From Tubulanus polymorphus (taxonomy: Eukaryota; Animalia; Nemertea), in contig NC_134031.1 of assembly GCF_964204645.1 (NCBI RefSeq), forward strand, positions 8,246,001 to 8,310,000: DNA of 64,000 nt, in the 5' to 3' direction. This document shows positions 24,201-32,850 of the stretch, one piece after another. The stretch's first letter is position 1; the number at the start of each line of letters is the position of its first letter. Under the pieces are notes generated by a model. The model saw only the letters and a program-made list of their open reading frames with translations. It did no database searches and was not told where the DNA came from. Made by a program: the position numbers and the translations under genes.

Positions 24201-25714
24201 CTAGATTTTTGGGGGTACAAGCAGACGACGATCTCCACTGAAAAATATACAATCAATCGCCAATAGTGCTGGTATCATTCGCTGATTATCATTCTTTTTG
24301 CCAAAACATGCATTGAATCATCCTCCTTCGGCAGGGATTCGAACCTGATGGCATCGCTACATTCAGCCACAGAACAAAACCCTGCCACAATAAACCGGGT
24401 GCGCAGGTACATGCCCAGGTTTACCGCACGAAAACCTGCAGCACCAATCAGATTGCTCGTATAGGCTAATCACCGATGTAAATTTCAGGGAAGAACTGTA
24501 AATGGGAAAACCCAGGCTAAAATAAAATTGGATATTTGATTGGCTGATAATGACATCATTGAAGCTGCACATTCGGTCTAGTGTGGTCGGGTTTTGTACT
24601 GTGACGAGTCTCGATGTCATCAGATTCAAATCCCTGCCGGGGAGGATGGCATTCATTAAAAAATGTATCACAATGGTTTTTCCTACAATATCGTAAGGGA
24701 GAGTAAAATTACCCCACAGATTTAAATATTTACATTTTAGCTTAACTTAGCCTCTAATATTCTGATTTCCATGATCAAACTCATATATGCAACATTATAG
24801 TAATGCACCTCTCTATCAAATGCAATTGAGTTATCAACATCCGGGAAGGAAAAACTGAAGCAAAGTGGTCACTATAGGGCACCAATATCTTGATGCAGGG
24901 CCTTAAAATGAAAGAATGAATATAAATCAGCCATTAATTTACTGAACTCAAAACGTACACTGTAAATATCTGGGCCGGTCATGTCATCCTCAATGTCAGA
25001 TGAAACGAAAGGTTCTTCTCTATGGCAAGCTGGAGAGCGGTGACTGTTCTACTGACAGACCCTGTCTGAGATACAAGGACATGCTCAAGCAAAATTATCG
25101 CATATACGGATTTGATCCAAGGTGGGAGGTCCACACCCAAGACCTGACTACCTGGCACCAACTATGTAGGAATGACGCCCTGAACTTTTTGAGCTAAGCA
25201 GAATTTTTGGTCTTGAACAAAAGTGAACAGCTAGAGAGCTCAGTGCCTCTGTCCCCTGGCAGATGGTGCAAGTTTCCTCAGCTGTGTGTGTAGAAAATTC
25301 TGTAGGTCTAAAATTGGCCTCTTTTCCCATAGCAAAACTCATGCATGACACTTGTTGAATATAGTCGATTACTCATACATAGCAAGCGATGTGACTGTGA
25401 GACTACATTAACATATGCAACAACGAATGAAGCCACTTCCTCATGAATTAGGTTTAGAATAGTCTACTATGAGCTGCATAACCCTATAAATGTTGACTTA
25501 AAATTAAAAAATCGACGCTTTATTTCTGAATCACTGACTTCCTATAGCCTATATTAGCCACATCCCAGCCTGAATTGAGTTTCAAAACCACCGAAATATT
25601 ATTTCTTCATTAAGTCAATTTTGTGCAATTGTATTTACCTTCTTTATTATCAGGGATAGCATCATCTGTAGATTGAGGTAAATGAGAAAACTCGTCATTT
25701 TTAGGTTCTGACAT
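69..25714 (-). CDS. CEP350: Centrosome-associated protein 350 (CEP350/CAP350) ortholog; 28 coding exons, 3'-partial (continues past left edge)
   Basis: Exons join at GT-AG sites with consistent phase into a stop-free 4713-nt (1571-codon) frame. Recognised CEP350 blocks: AWDSMGKAKSALRRIEHRL, RKLASGPPAPTYKGF, ISTSAWREGQKLVMKELGP, KVRHYDSDSVRKYI, RIQALREAGASLQNRL, LPGVG, EESVRQLTDVERARAVSLAQQETVSLAQILK, SFDETMTEDEIEEHSFRMVLPSEGHR, FTSEMVKQYMKEEEMRAKHQAALLKLREKALREKTKAELAWL. Confidence 0.93.
440..640. mobile_element. MITE with perfect 41-bp TIRs
   Basis: tacgagtaaaatcccacaataaaagaattagatgataaaat at 440-480 is the exact reverse complement of 600-640. Confidence 0.8.
819..986 (-). CDS. CEP350: CEP350 exon 27 (AALLKLREKAL...DKGADD)
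   Basis: attcag/gttaga; conserved motif. Confidence 0.92.
1417..1763. mobile_element. piggyBac-type MITE
   Basis: 14-bp TIR CCCATTAGCACTCA flanked by TTAA on both sides. Confidence 0.85.
1814..1941 (-). CDS. CEP350: CEP350 exon 26 (FTSEMVKQYMKEEEMRAKHQ)
   Basis: tcatag/gtatca; conserved motif. Confidence 0.9.
2074..2229 (-). CDS. CEP350: CEP350 exon 25 (SFDETMTEDEIEEHSFR)
   Basis: ttatag/gtaagt; conserved motif. Confidence 0.9.
2342..2505 (-). CDS. CEP350: CEP350 exon 24
   Basis: aacag/gtttgt, phase 2-1. Confidence 0.8.
2603..2907 (-). CDS. CEP350: CEP350 exon 23
   Basis: ttgtag/gtaaga, phase 0-2. Confidence 0.87.
2930..4370 (-). mobile_element. Stack of three partial HINE-like copies (family A), with left ends at about 2935, 3113 and 3674
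   Basis: Repeated left-end motif (a)actaggggtccagggacaccatgcccacttgg, each followed by 154-bp units. Confidence 0.8.
4674..5960 (-). mobile_element. Full-length non-autonomous Helentron (HINE-like) family A with four 154-bp units
   Basis: Left end: hairpin gtcc..ggac plus subTIR gcccacttgg. Right end: (ACGG)n microsatellite, inverted repeat agcccgctgggac..gtccaaagtgggct and AAAA. This is the DINE-1/Pearl/DTC84-type architecture. Confidence 0.85.
6624..6767 (-). CDS. CEP350: CEP350 exon 22 (ARQQAHDRELQALK...)
   Basis: tttag/gtaatt, phase 0-0, coiled coil. Confidence 0.9.
6870..8075 (-). mobile_element. Degenerate family A HINE copy, interrupted by a MITE
   Basis: Diverged left end, units and right-end block. 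Confidence 0.7.
7201..7496. mobile_element. Tc1/mariner/pogo-type MITE with TA TSD
   Basis: TIR ccgtatttcccggcgaataagcc / ggctaattcgctggaaaatacgg; removing it restores the HINE unit text (attcata|ggtacc). Confidence 0.8.
8320..8650 (-). CDS. CEP350: CEP350 exon 21 (EESVRQLTDVER...LAQILK)
   Basis: ttctag/gtatga; strongly conserved block. Confidence 0.92.
8758..9076 (-). CDS. CEP350: CEP350 exon 20 (Ser-rich)
   Basis: ttttcag/gttagt, phase 1-2; within ORF 8733-9095. Confidence 0.82.
9810..9969 (-). CDS. CEP350: CEP350 exon 19 (...DPYSVLSIYTRQ)
   Basis: ttacag/gtaagc, phase 0-1. Confidence 0.8.
10057..10143 (-). CDS. CEP350: CEP350 exon 18
   Basis: cctag/gtacta, phase 0-0. Confidence 0.75.
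10236..10396 (-). CDS. CEP350: CEP350 exon 17, contains IQ motif (IQAAYRGYTVRQ)
   Basis: ttttag/gttttt; the LP|GVG motif spans the junction. Confidence 0.83.
10488..10601 (-). CDS. CEP350: CEP350 exon 16 (...DDNLP)
   Basis: cttgtag/gtatgc, phase 1-1. Confidence 0.8.
12392..12526 (-). CDS. CEP350: CEP350 exon 15 (RIQALREAGASLQNRL)
   Basis: cttcag/gtaagt; conserved helix. Confidence 0.87.
12609..12701 (-). CDS. CEP350: CEP350 exon 14
   Basis: tttcag/gtatga, phase 1-1. Confidence 0.78.
12776..12876 (-). CDS. CEP350: CEP350 exon 13
   Basis: cttatag/gtaagt, phase 2-1. Confidence 0.75.
13175..13735 (-). mobile_element. Degenerate second HINE-like family with internal aaaatggcttcctgtgac repeats
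   Basis: About three diverged internal units, GACA-type microsatellite, and ccccac..ggggg inverted motif at the right end. Confidence 0.5.
13815..14208 (-). CDS. CEP350: CEP350 exon 12 (KVRHYDSDSVRKYI...)
   Basis: ttgcag/gtatgt, phase 1-2; conserved motif; within ORF 13742-14230. Confidence 0.9.
14318..14366. repeat. Perfect 22-bp-stem palindrome
   Basis: taccaaaaattcataaagacta-ataaa-tagtctttatgaatttttggta. Confidence 0.9.
15291..16223 (-). mobile_element. Full-length family A HINE with two units
   Basis: Both ends present; same internal unique block as 4674-5960. Confidence 0.85.
16849..16980 (-). CDS. CEP350: CEP350 exon 11 (acidic, then KP-rich)
   Basis: tttgtag/gtaaga, phase 1-1. Confidence 0.83.
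17075..17266 (-). CDS. CEP350: CEP350 exon 10 (ISTSAWREGQKLVMKELGP)
   Basis: ttgcag/gtgact; conserved motif. Confidence 0.88.
17496..17597 (-). CDS. CEP350: CEP350 exon 9
   Basis: tttgtag/gtaatt, phase 1-1, open Lys-rich frame. Confidence 0.8.
17702..17824 (-). CDS. CEP350: CEP350 exon 8 (GFSGVETRYR...)
   Basis: tttcag/gtacat, phase 1-1. Confidence 0.85.
18025..18201 (-). CDS. CEP350: CEP350 exon 7 (...RKLASGPPAPTYK)
   Basis: ttttcag/gtaata; conserved PPAPxYKG motif. Confidence 0.88.
18617..18679 (-). CDS. CEP350: CEP350 exon 6 (DSLTRINDFAEKQRSKSTSPR)
   Basis: ttcttag/gtatgt, phase 1-1, open frame. Confidence 0.75.
18725..18817. repeat. Tandem duplication of about 46 bp
   Basis: ttcagaggatggttagagaatttttgattcaaatatttgcttgcag occurs twice. 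Confidence 0.9.
19797..20200 (-). mobile_element. Internally deleted family A HINE
   Basis: Left end aactagggatccagggac, about 1.5 units, then a fragment of the unique block. Confidence 0.7.
20365..20874 (-). CDS. CEP350: CEP350 exon 5
   Basis: Within ORF 20297-20902; acag/gtatgt, phase 1-1. Confidence 0.85.
21393..21429 (-). CDS. CEP350: CEP350 exon 4 (VQPDVRRKVSRL)
   Basis: gttag/gtgagt; this 37-nt exon is needed for the phase 0 to phase 1 transition. Confidence 0.8.
22787..22882 (-). CDS. CEP350: CEP350 exon 3 (LRRIEHRLDSY...)
   Basis: cacag/gtattg, phase 0-0; continues the LRHIENKL-like motif. Confidence 0.88.
23289..23642. mobile_element. PIF/Harbinger-type MITE
   Basis: TIR (a/g)gctaagctcaggtcgac..gacctgat with TAA on both flanks. 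Confidence 0.8.
23693..23736 (-). CDS. CEP350: CEP350 exon 2 (DLADAWDSMGKAKSA)
   Basis: ttttcag acceptor, gtgagt donor; conserved N-terminal CEP350 motif. Confidence 0.88.
24319..24648. mobile_element. MITE whose TIRs contain a tRNA B-box-like sequence
   Basis: About 38-bp TIR catcctccttcggcagggattcgaacctgatggcatcg; a shorter relative lies at 52391-52486. Confidence 0.7.
24960..25405 (+). mobile_element. RTE-clade LINE 3' fragment
   Basis: KVLLYGKLESG..RPCLRYKDMLK..WE...D..TW and C-terminal CRKFCRSKIGLFSHSKTH are typical of the RTE ORF end. Confidence 0.8.
25639..25714 (-). CDS. CEP350: CEP350 coding exon 1 (MSEPKNDEFSHLPQSTDDAIPDNKE)
   Basis: ATG at 25714; the exon starts at 25726 after an upstream AG acceptor, implying a 5'UTR exon further upstream; donor G|gtaaat, phase 1, fits exon 2. 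Confidence 0.7.
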
Positions 25715-26944
25715 ATTGTACACTTCCTATTTTATGATCGAAATAATAACTCGATGCTTTAATCCAATCAAGGTTAACATATGAAAGTAATCATTCCACA
25801 TTAAGAGTGATATTGTCACTGGTAGTAGGTAGGTTTTAAATCGTCCGATTCCGCGAGGGTATATAAATATATACATATATAATACCTTTCACTAAGAAAA
25901 TCACGCCGGTGAAGCTTAAGAAGTCAAACTTGATATCAAATGTTTTTTTTGTCAAGATCTTATTTCTACTGTAACAAAGTCATTTCACTTAGCCACAAGT
26001 TTCACAATACAGTCACACATTCTTACAATTAGATTATTGAAATACTCAAAATATTCGTTTCTTTATGCATGTGATAAGTTATGACCATTGCTTGAAAATA
26101 ACAATCTTCTACCCCTTGATCAGAGTTTAACTGCTTTTATTAGACAAATGGCTTTGTATTTGCAGTAAATGTTTGAAAGTTTATACAAAGCTCAAATTTT
26201 ATTTACAAAAGACCGGTTGGCACATCACACATTCAATATAAATTTCATTCTACTTCCAATCAATAAATATATAGTACCAATACTTAACAATCTTAGCAGT
26301 GTGGTTGATGATTTTTTCTAAATCATTCAAAAAGTTTGTTTTGACCCAAAACGAGAAAAACAATAAATCATAGAAGCCATACATAGAATGACACGAATCA
26401 ATGATTACGTATGAAAGAAAAGTAACATAACCTTACAAGACGGAGCGAAGAGGAATGGTTTACAAAAATATGCATAGATTCCAAACCCTTTCTTGACTGT
26501 CTTTTCTAGGTGACTGGGGCCATATCGAGGTGCTTTACGCGGACCAATTTTTTCTTAAGGCCAAAAAATGATACCTTGTTTCTCATTCGCCGGCCAGGTC
26601 AGATAAATTAACAGTAAAAATCGTAAATAGAATAAAATAAAATGCTACTAGCAGGGCCTAATACCTTCTTTTTATGATGAAAATAAAAACGGCCGGGCGG
26701 GCCAACACAAGTAGTTTATAGAGTAACAATTTGACTAGTGTAAAATCAGATGCCGAATAGTGTGAGGTCGGGACTCGAATCTACAACAACACTCCTAGTC
26801 TAGTATCTAGTTGTTGGTCCGTAACATCGACTGGTACTCAGGCTAGTCCATTCCATGTGCATCATTTCGACAAAGTCGAAATGATTGCGTGTACTGTTAG
26901 CAAAGGGGGCAAACGAACAATTATAACTTGAATTCTTGTTTCTA

Positions 26945-29893
26945 ACCTAGGGGACCAGGGACACCATGCCCACTTGGGAAGTAGTTTCAGAAGCTCAACA
27001 ATCTAACAATTTCAATATTCAACGCCCCATCCAATCCTTGAAAAAATCCAATGACCTTGAAACTCACCACAATCATAGAAAATGTCAGCAGTTACAATTT
27101 TGTAATTGATTGTGGTAACAAAATATCCCTAGGTACCAACATAATAAGGAAATACTAAGTTTTCTACTATTCAACGCCCCTTAGTGGCCATCTTGAATAA
27201 TTAATGTCCTTGAAACTCACCACAATCATAGACCATGTCATGAGCTACAACTTTCCACTTGATTGTGATAAAAAAATATGCATAGGTACGAATATAATAT
27301 AGAAATACTAAGTTTATGTATTGTTCAACACCCCCGGGTGGCCATATACAAAAACCAATGACAAAATCTCACCACGATCATAGACCATGTCATGAGCTAC
27401 AACTTTCCAATTATGTGGTAACAAAATTTGCTTAAGTATCAATTTAATGTGGAAAAACTTTTTTCCACCTACGAATGAGTACTGATGACACCAAGATGGC
27501 TGCCAATTGCCTGATCAAATATACCTGTCTCAGGTATAAATGATCCTTTTCCAAAGAATACCCATCCAAAATTGGATGAAAAATGGCAAACCATTAGGAA
27601 GCAACAGGACTCAGAATTCAGGCCAAAATTTTGACATTTTGGAAAACAAAACTAGGGGTCCAGGCACACCATGCCCACTTGGGAAATGGTTTCAAATGCT
27701 CAACAATCTAACAATTTCAATATTCAACGCCCCCTGGTGACCATTTACAAAAACCAACGACCTTGAAACTCACCAAAATCATAGAACATGTCAGCAGCTA
27801 CGACTTTGTAATTGATTGTGATAACAAAATATGCCTCGTTACCAATTTAATATGAAAATACTAAGTCATTCTACTATTCAACGCCCCCTGGTGACCATAT
27901 TCAAAACCCAATGACCTCGAAACTCACCACAATCATAGAACATGTCATGAACTACAACTTTGCAATTGATCATGGTAACAAAATATGCCTAGGTACCAAT
28001 ATAAAAAGGAAATACTAAGTTATTCTACTATTCAACGCCCCCTGGTGACCATATAGAAAAACTAATGTCCTTAGAACTCACAACAATCATAGATGATGTC
28101 ATGAGCTACAACTTTCCAATTGATTGTGGTTACAAAATATGCATAGGTACGAATATAATAAAGAAATGCTAAGATATTGTATTATTCAACGCCCCCTGAT
28201 GGCCATATACGAAATCCAATTACCTTGAAACTCACCACAATCATAGAACACGTTATGAGCTACAACTTTCTAATTGATTGTGGTAGCAAAATACGCTTAG
28301 GTATCAATATAATGTGGAAAAACTTTTTCCCACTTACGAATGAGTACTGGTGACACCAAGATGGCCGCCAATTGCGTCATAATTGGCTGATGAAAAATAC
28401 CTGTCTGAGGTATAAAACATCCCTTTCCAAAGAATACCCATCGCAAATTGCAATGAGAAATGGTAAACCAGTAGGAAGCTACAGGACTCAGAATTCGGGC
28501 AAAAATTAACATTTTTGGGCACTAAAAAGGTCATAGGACGGCCATCTTGAGTCCGACCGACCCAATTTTTGTTTCGTTGATGGGCCCTGGGAGGATTCAT
28601 ATATATCCGAAAGATCAAGTTAATTGATCGAAGCGTCTTCAAAATACCCTCAAAAAGTTCAAAAATGTGTAAAAAGTGCTGATTTTGGCGAACAACAATG
28701 GCTGCCAGTCAGCCATCTTGATTCTGACAGGGCCAGTTTTTGGGCTGAAGATGTGTCTAGGGTAGATACACGTGTAACCCAAATATCAAGATGTTACCTT
28801 GAAGCGTCTTCAAAACTTCCCAAAATAACTGGATTCCGTCTACGGACGGACGAACGGACGGACAGACGACGGACGAAAAGTGAACGCAATAGCCCGCTGG
28901 GACTAAAGTCCCAAGTGGGCTAAAAAGCTCACAGGACAGCAATCTTGAGTCGACCCAATTTTCTCATGCTGATGGGCCCTTGGGGGGATACAAATACATA
29001 CGAATGCTCAAGGTAATTGATAAAAGCGTCTTCAAAATTTCCCTCGAAAACTTTGAATATGTGTAAAAAGTGCTGATTTTGGCGAACAACAATGGCTGTC
29101 AGCCGGCCATCTTGAATCTGACAGGGCCAGTTTTTGGGCTGAAGATGTGTCTAGGGTAGATACATGTATAAACCAATTATCAAGACATTACCATGAAGCG
29201 TCTTCAAAAGTTGACCTTGAAACTCACCACAATCATAGAACACGTTATGAGCGACAAGTTTCTAATTGATTGTGGTAACAAAATACGCTTAGGTAACAAT
29301 ATAATGTGGAAAAACTTTTTCCCACCTACATTGGGTACTGATGACACCGAGATGGCCGCCAATTGCGTCATAATTGGCTGATCAAAAATACCTGTCACAG
29401 GTATAAAACATCCCTTTCCAAAGAATACCCATCACAAATTGCAATGAGATATGGCAAACCAGTAGGGAGCTACAGATCTCAGAATTCGGGCCAAAATTGA
29501 CATTTTTGGGCACTAAAAAGGTCATAGGACGGTCATCTTGATTCCGATCGACCCAGTTTTTGTTGTGCTGATGAGCCCTTGGGGAATTCGAATAAACGCA
29601 TAAGATCAAGGTAATTGATCAAAGCGTCTTCAAAATTTTCCTCAAAAAGTTCAATGTGTAAAAAGTGTTGATTTTGGCGAAAAACAATGGCTGCCAGTCG
29701 GCCATCTTGATTCTGACAGGGCCAGTTTTTGGGCTGAAGATGTGTCTAGGGTAGATACATGTGTAACTTAAATATCAAGACATTACATTGAAGCGTCTTC
29801 AAAACTTCCCAAAATAACTGGATTCCGTTATTCCGGACGGATGAAAAGTGAACGCAATAGCCCGCTGGGACCAAAGTCCCAAGTGGGCTAAAA
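26945..29893 (-). mobile_element. Family A HINE (three units), interrupted by a nested copy and followed by a duplicated distal half (29211-29893)
   Basis: The outer copy breaks at ..ggaaaacaaa (27650) and resumes with gctcacaggacagc (28927). Confidence 0.8.
27650..28926 (-). mobile_element. Full-length family A HINE (four units) nested inside another copy
   Basis: Both termini intact; units start at 27723, 27877, 28031 and 28185 (154-bp period). Confidence 0.88.
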
Positions 29894-30889
29894 ACTAAGA
29901 GATATCATCATCAAATTTGTTTATTTTGCACATCTGGTCTTCTTAAAGTGATAAAATCTTTAGCAATCACCAGAGCAGAGGGGGTATTTTGAATAAAATA
30001 TGCCCTTTCATGCGTGTTCAGCCCTCATTTCAATTGATGACGTCACTAACACACTGCATGGAATGACTGATGATAGTTTGTTTTAGTAGTAAAGGCATTA
30101 AACTAACTGGTGTTGTGCGATGAATTCACCATCTATCGTTAAAGTTAAGAAACAAGTCAACCGTACCAGTACGGTTTTGACAGGCAAGTGATGGGAGATA
30201 TCGAACGTACCAGTACATTTTTGGCAGGAAATAAGATAATTAGTATTTTCATGTGATTGAATTATAACTTCCCATTCTCATGGGGTTTCTTTGATATTTA
30301 CTAAAGCTTATTCTATAGAACGCTTAGTAGCCACGGGAGAGAAGCCACGGTAGTTAGGAATGATCCATGGTTTGGCAGCTAAACTAGACAGAGTCTCTTG
30401 CTTATTGTTTCCATTCTGGCTATTTAGAAGAATATTTGAATAGTTGACGTCCCTCCAAAATTGGGAAAACAGGAAAATAGGAATGATCCAACATCTGGCA
30501 ATCAAACTAAACCTACAGGCCATTTAGAATGCTATTTGACAAACAGTGAGAACTTCTGAAAACCATATCCTGTACTTTTTATTGTTTTTATTTCAAAAAT
30601 AATAAAAGGCCGGCCTGGTGGAAATATATCAAATTTTATACGTTTCGATGGAAAAAACAAAAATAAAATGCTGCCCGCCGGGTCACTTTTGGGCATACAG
30701 TTTTCCTTCATAAATGAGAAACAAGGTATCATATTTTTTGGCCTAATTCATAAATTTTTTACTTCGATGAAATTAAAAAATCCTGAACCAAAATACTGTT
30801 TTTTTAGTTAGGATCTGCGAAGATCCGTGAGTTTACTGGAAAATGCAATAATGCCCGGAGCAACCACATATGACAGGAAAGGGTTTACA

Positions 30890-31790
30890 ATATTTCAATA
30901 GTAACGCCCCAGATTAACATACAGACACACTAGTGACCTTGATTGAAATTAATCAGAATGATAGAAAATGGGCTTCAACCTAGAAATTGAACATGGTAAC
31001 AAAATATATGTAGGTTATAATGTAAATTGCAATCTATTTCCTAAGGGTTTTTCATGGTGCACTTCAACTAAAACAAGAGGCCCACATTCCTTCATCCATG
31101 ATGCAGTAGCAGTGAAGTTATTCAGTTGTTATGAAATGGGGGTTTTACAGTATAGTTTCAACGTCAAAATGTATATCTTATGATTATCAGTAAAATAACA
31201 TTTGTAATAGATACTCTATTGATTTAGTAATAACATACTTTGGAGAAAGATAATGAACATCACCATAGTTTTCCTCAAAAAGCGTTTTCCACCTACAAAT
31301 GAGTACTGATGACACTAAGATGAACTCTTTTCATAGAAGCCACACAAATTTCCATGAAAAATGGCAAATAGGAATTAAGAAGCAACAGGTCTCAGAATTC
31401 AGGCAAAAATTGACATTTTTGGGCAAAAAAAAACAAGGTGGCCATCAGCAGTCTGATTGACCCAATTTTTCTCATGCTGATGGGCCCTTCGGGGGATACA
31501 AATATATGTAAAAGATCAGGATAATTTATCGAAGAGTCTTCAAATTTCCCTCTAAAACTTCAAAAATGTGTAAAAAGTGTTAATTTTGGCGATAACAATA
31601 GCTGCCAGTCGGCCATTTTGAATCTGATCAGGCCAATTTTCAGGTAGAATATTATCTTTGGTAGCTACATGTATAAACCAATATGAAGCCAATCCATAGA
31701 AGCATCTTCAAAACTCCCCAAGATAGCTGGTTTCTGTCTACGGACAGATGTCGGACGAAAAGTGAACGCAATAGCCCTCTGGATTAAAAA
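30890..31790 (-). mobile_element. Degenerate family A HINE
   Basis: Diverged unit, unique block, and right end gacgaaaagtgaacgcaatagccc. Confidence 0.7.
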
Positions 31791-32703
31791 CCGCAGTCAT
31801 CAAAATTTCTAAAATAGATTACAGCCAGGGAAACATAAATCTATCATGAACATAGGCACTCTGATTGGGCCTGTTCTAAATTTGGCTAGTTCCAGGTACA
31901 GACCCATTTAGAAGGGTCCCAACAAGTGACAGTGTGAACGCAGCTCAAGTGAAACTACGATCGGTTTTCTTAACACTTTTCGGTTCTGATCATTTTTCAA
32001 ATGTAGTATGTTAATAGCTACTACGATGAACGAAGAAAAAAACATGTAAATAGTAAATAGTAGAATATACTTACAACCGAGTGTGTTACGATCATCTGAC
32101 CTCATAAGATGGTGATACCCTAAACGTGACATCTCTACAACAGTTCACTCTAAAAATATCATGATTAAATGATGATTAACAATTGCAGTTCACACTTCAC
32201 CATTTAGCTAGTATTCATTCAACACAAGTGATTCAACAAATTTACCTCACAACCAGTTTGTTTCCAAGGGTTTGATCAAAAGTATACTTGAACATTCAAA
32301 GTTATAAAGTTATGCAAGTAGATCGACTACGTGTATGACTAGCCAAAGGTTTAATTTGAATCCTTGAAGATTCAGTTTAAAATTACATTACATTTACATT
32401 CGCAATTTAATTCAATTAGGTTTACAGGTGTTACAGGAGGCCCTTGATCTTATGATCCATCTCCCCATCCACCCTTGATGTTATGATGGAACTCATGATG
32501 AAACCTTCTCTTAATCCACTGGAGCTATTAAATGCAGTGGTCTCTTTACGGTGCTCAATTAATTCAGAGGACGGGAAGATAGCTTTAAACAAAATAATGC
32601 GCTGTCAGTAAAATGTCCACTTCCTTATTCTACAGACAGACCCAGGGCACCTGGAAGACATTCCTTTCAAGATAAATCCCTTTCAATAAATCAACATCCC
32701 CTG

Positions 32704-32805
32704 GGTCCAGTTCCACAGTTCTGAGTTAAGATTTGACCCTGGGTTAAAACATTGAAAATGAACTAACTTTAACTGAGAGTTAACTCACAACTGTGGAACT
32801 GGTTC
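32704..32805. mobile_element. Small Harbinger-like MITE (CTG TSD) inside a HINE unit; relative at about 49612-49680
   Basis: ccagttccacagtt / aactgtggaactgg inverted repeat. Confidence 0.65.
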
Positions 32806-32850
32806 CTGGTGAACAAACCAATGACCTTGAAACCCACGACAATCATAGAA

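Larger units (their letters stand above)
26559..30743. mobile_element. Zator-like non-autonomous TIR element hosting nested HINEs
   Basis: TIR ggccaaaaaa(ta)tgataccttgtttctcatt at both ends with a TAA TSD; a related single end lies at about 22915. Confidence 0.6.

Noticed and set aside
25886-25945. Candidate CEP350 5'UTR exon (donor aaag|gtatta)
   Set aside because: Plausible, but cannot be distinguished from the candidates near 37353 or 38040 without transcript data, so it was not annotated.
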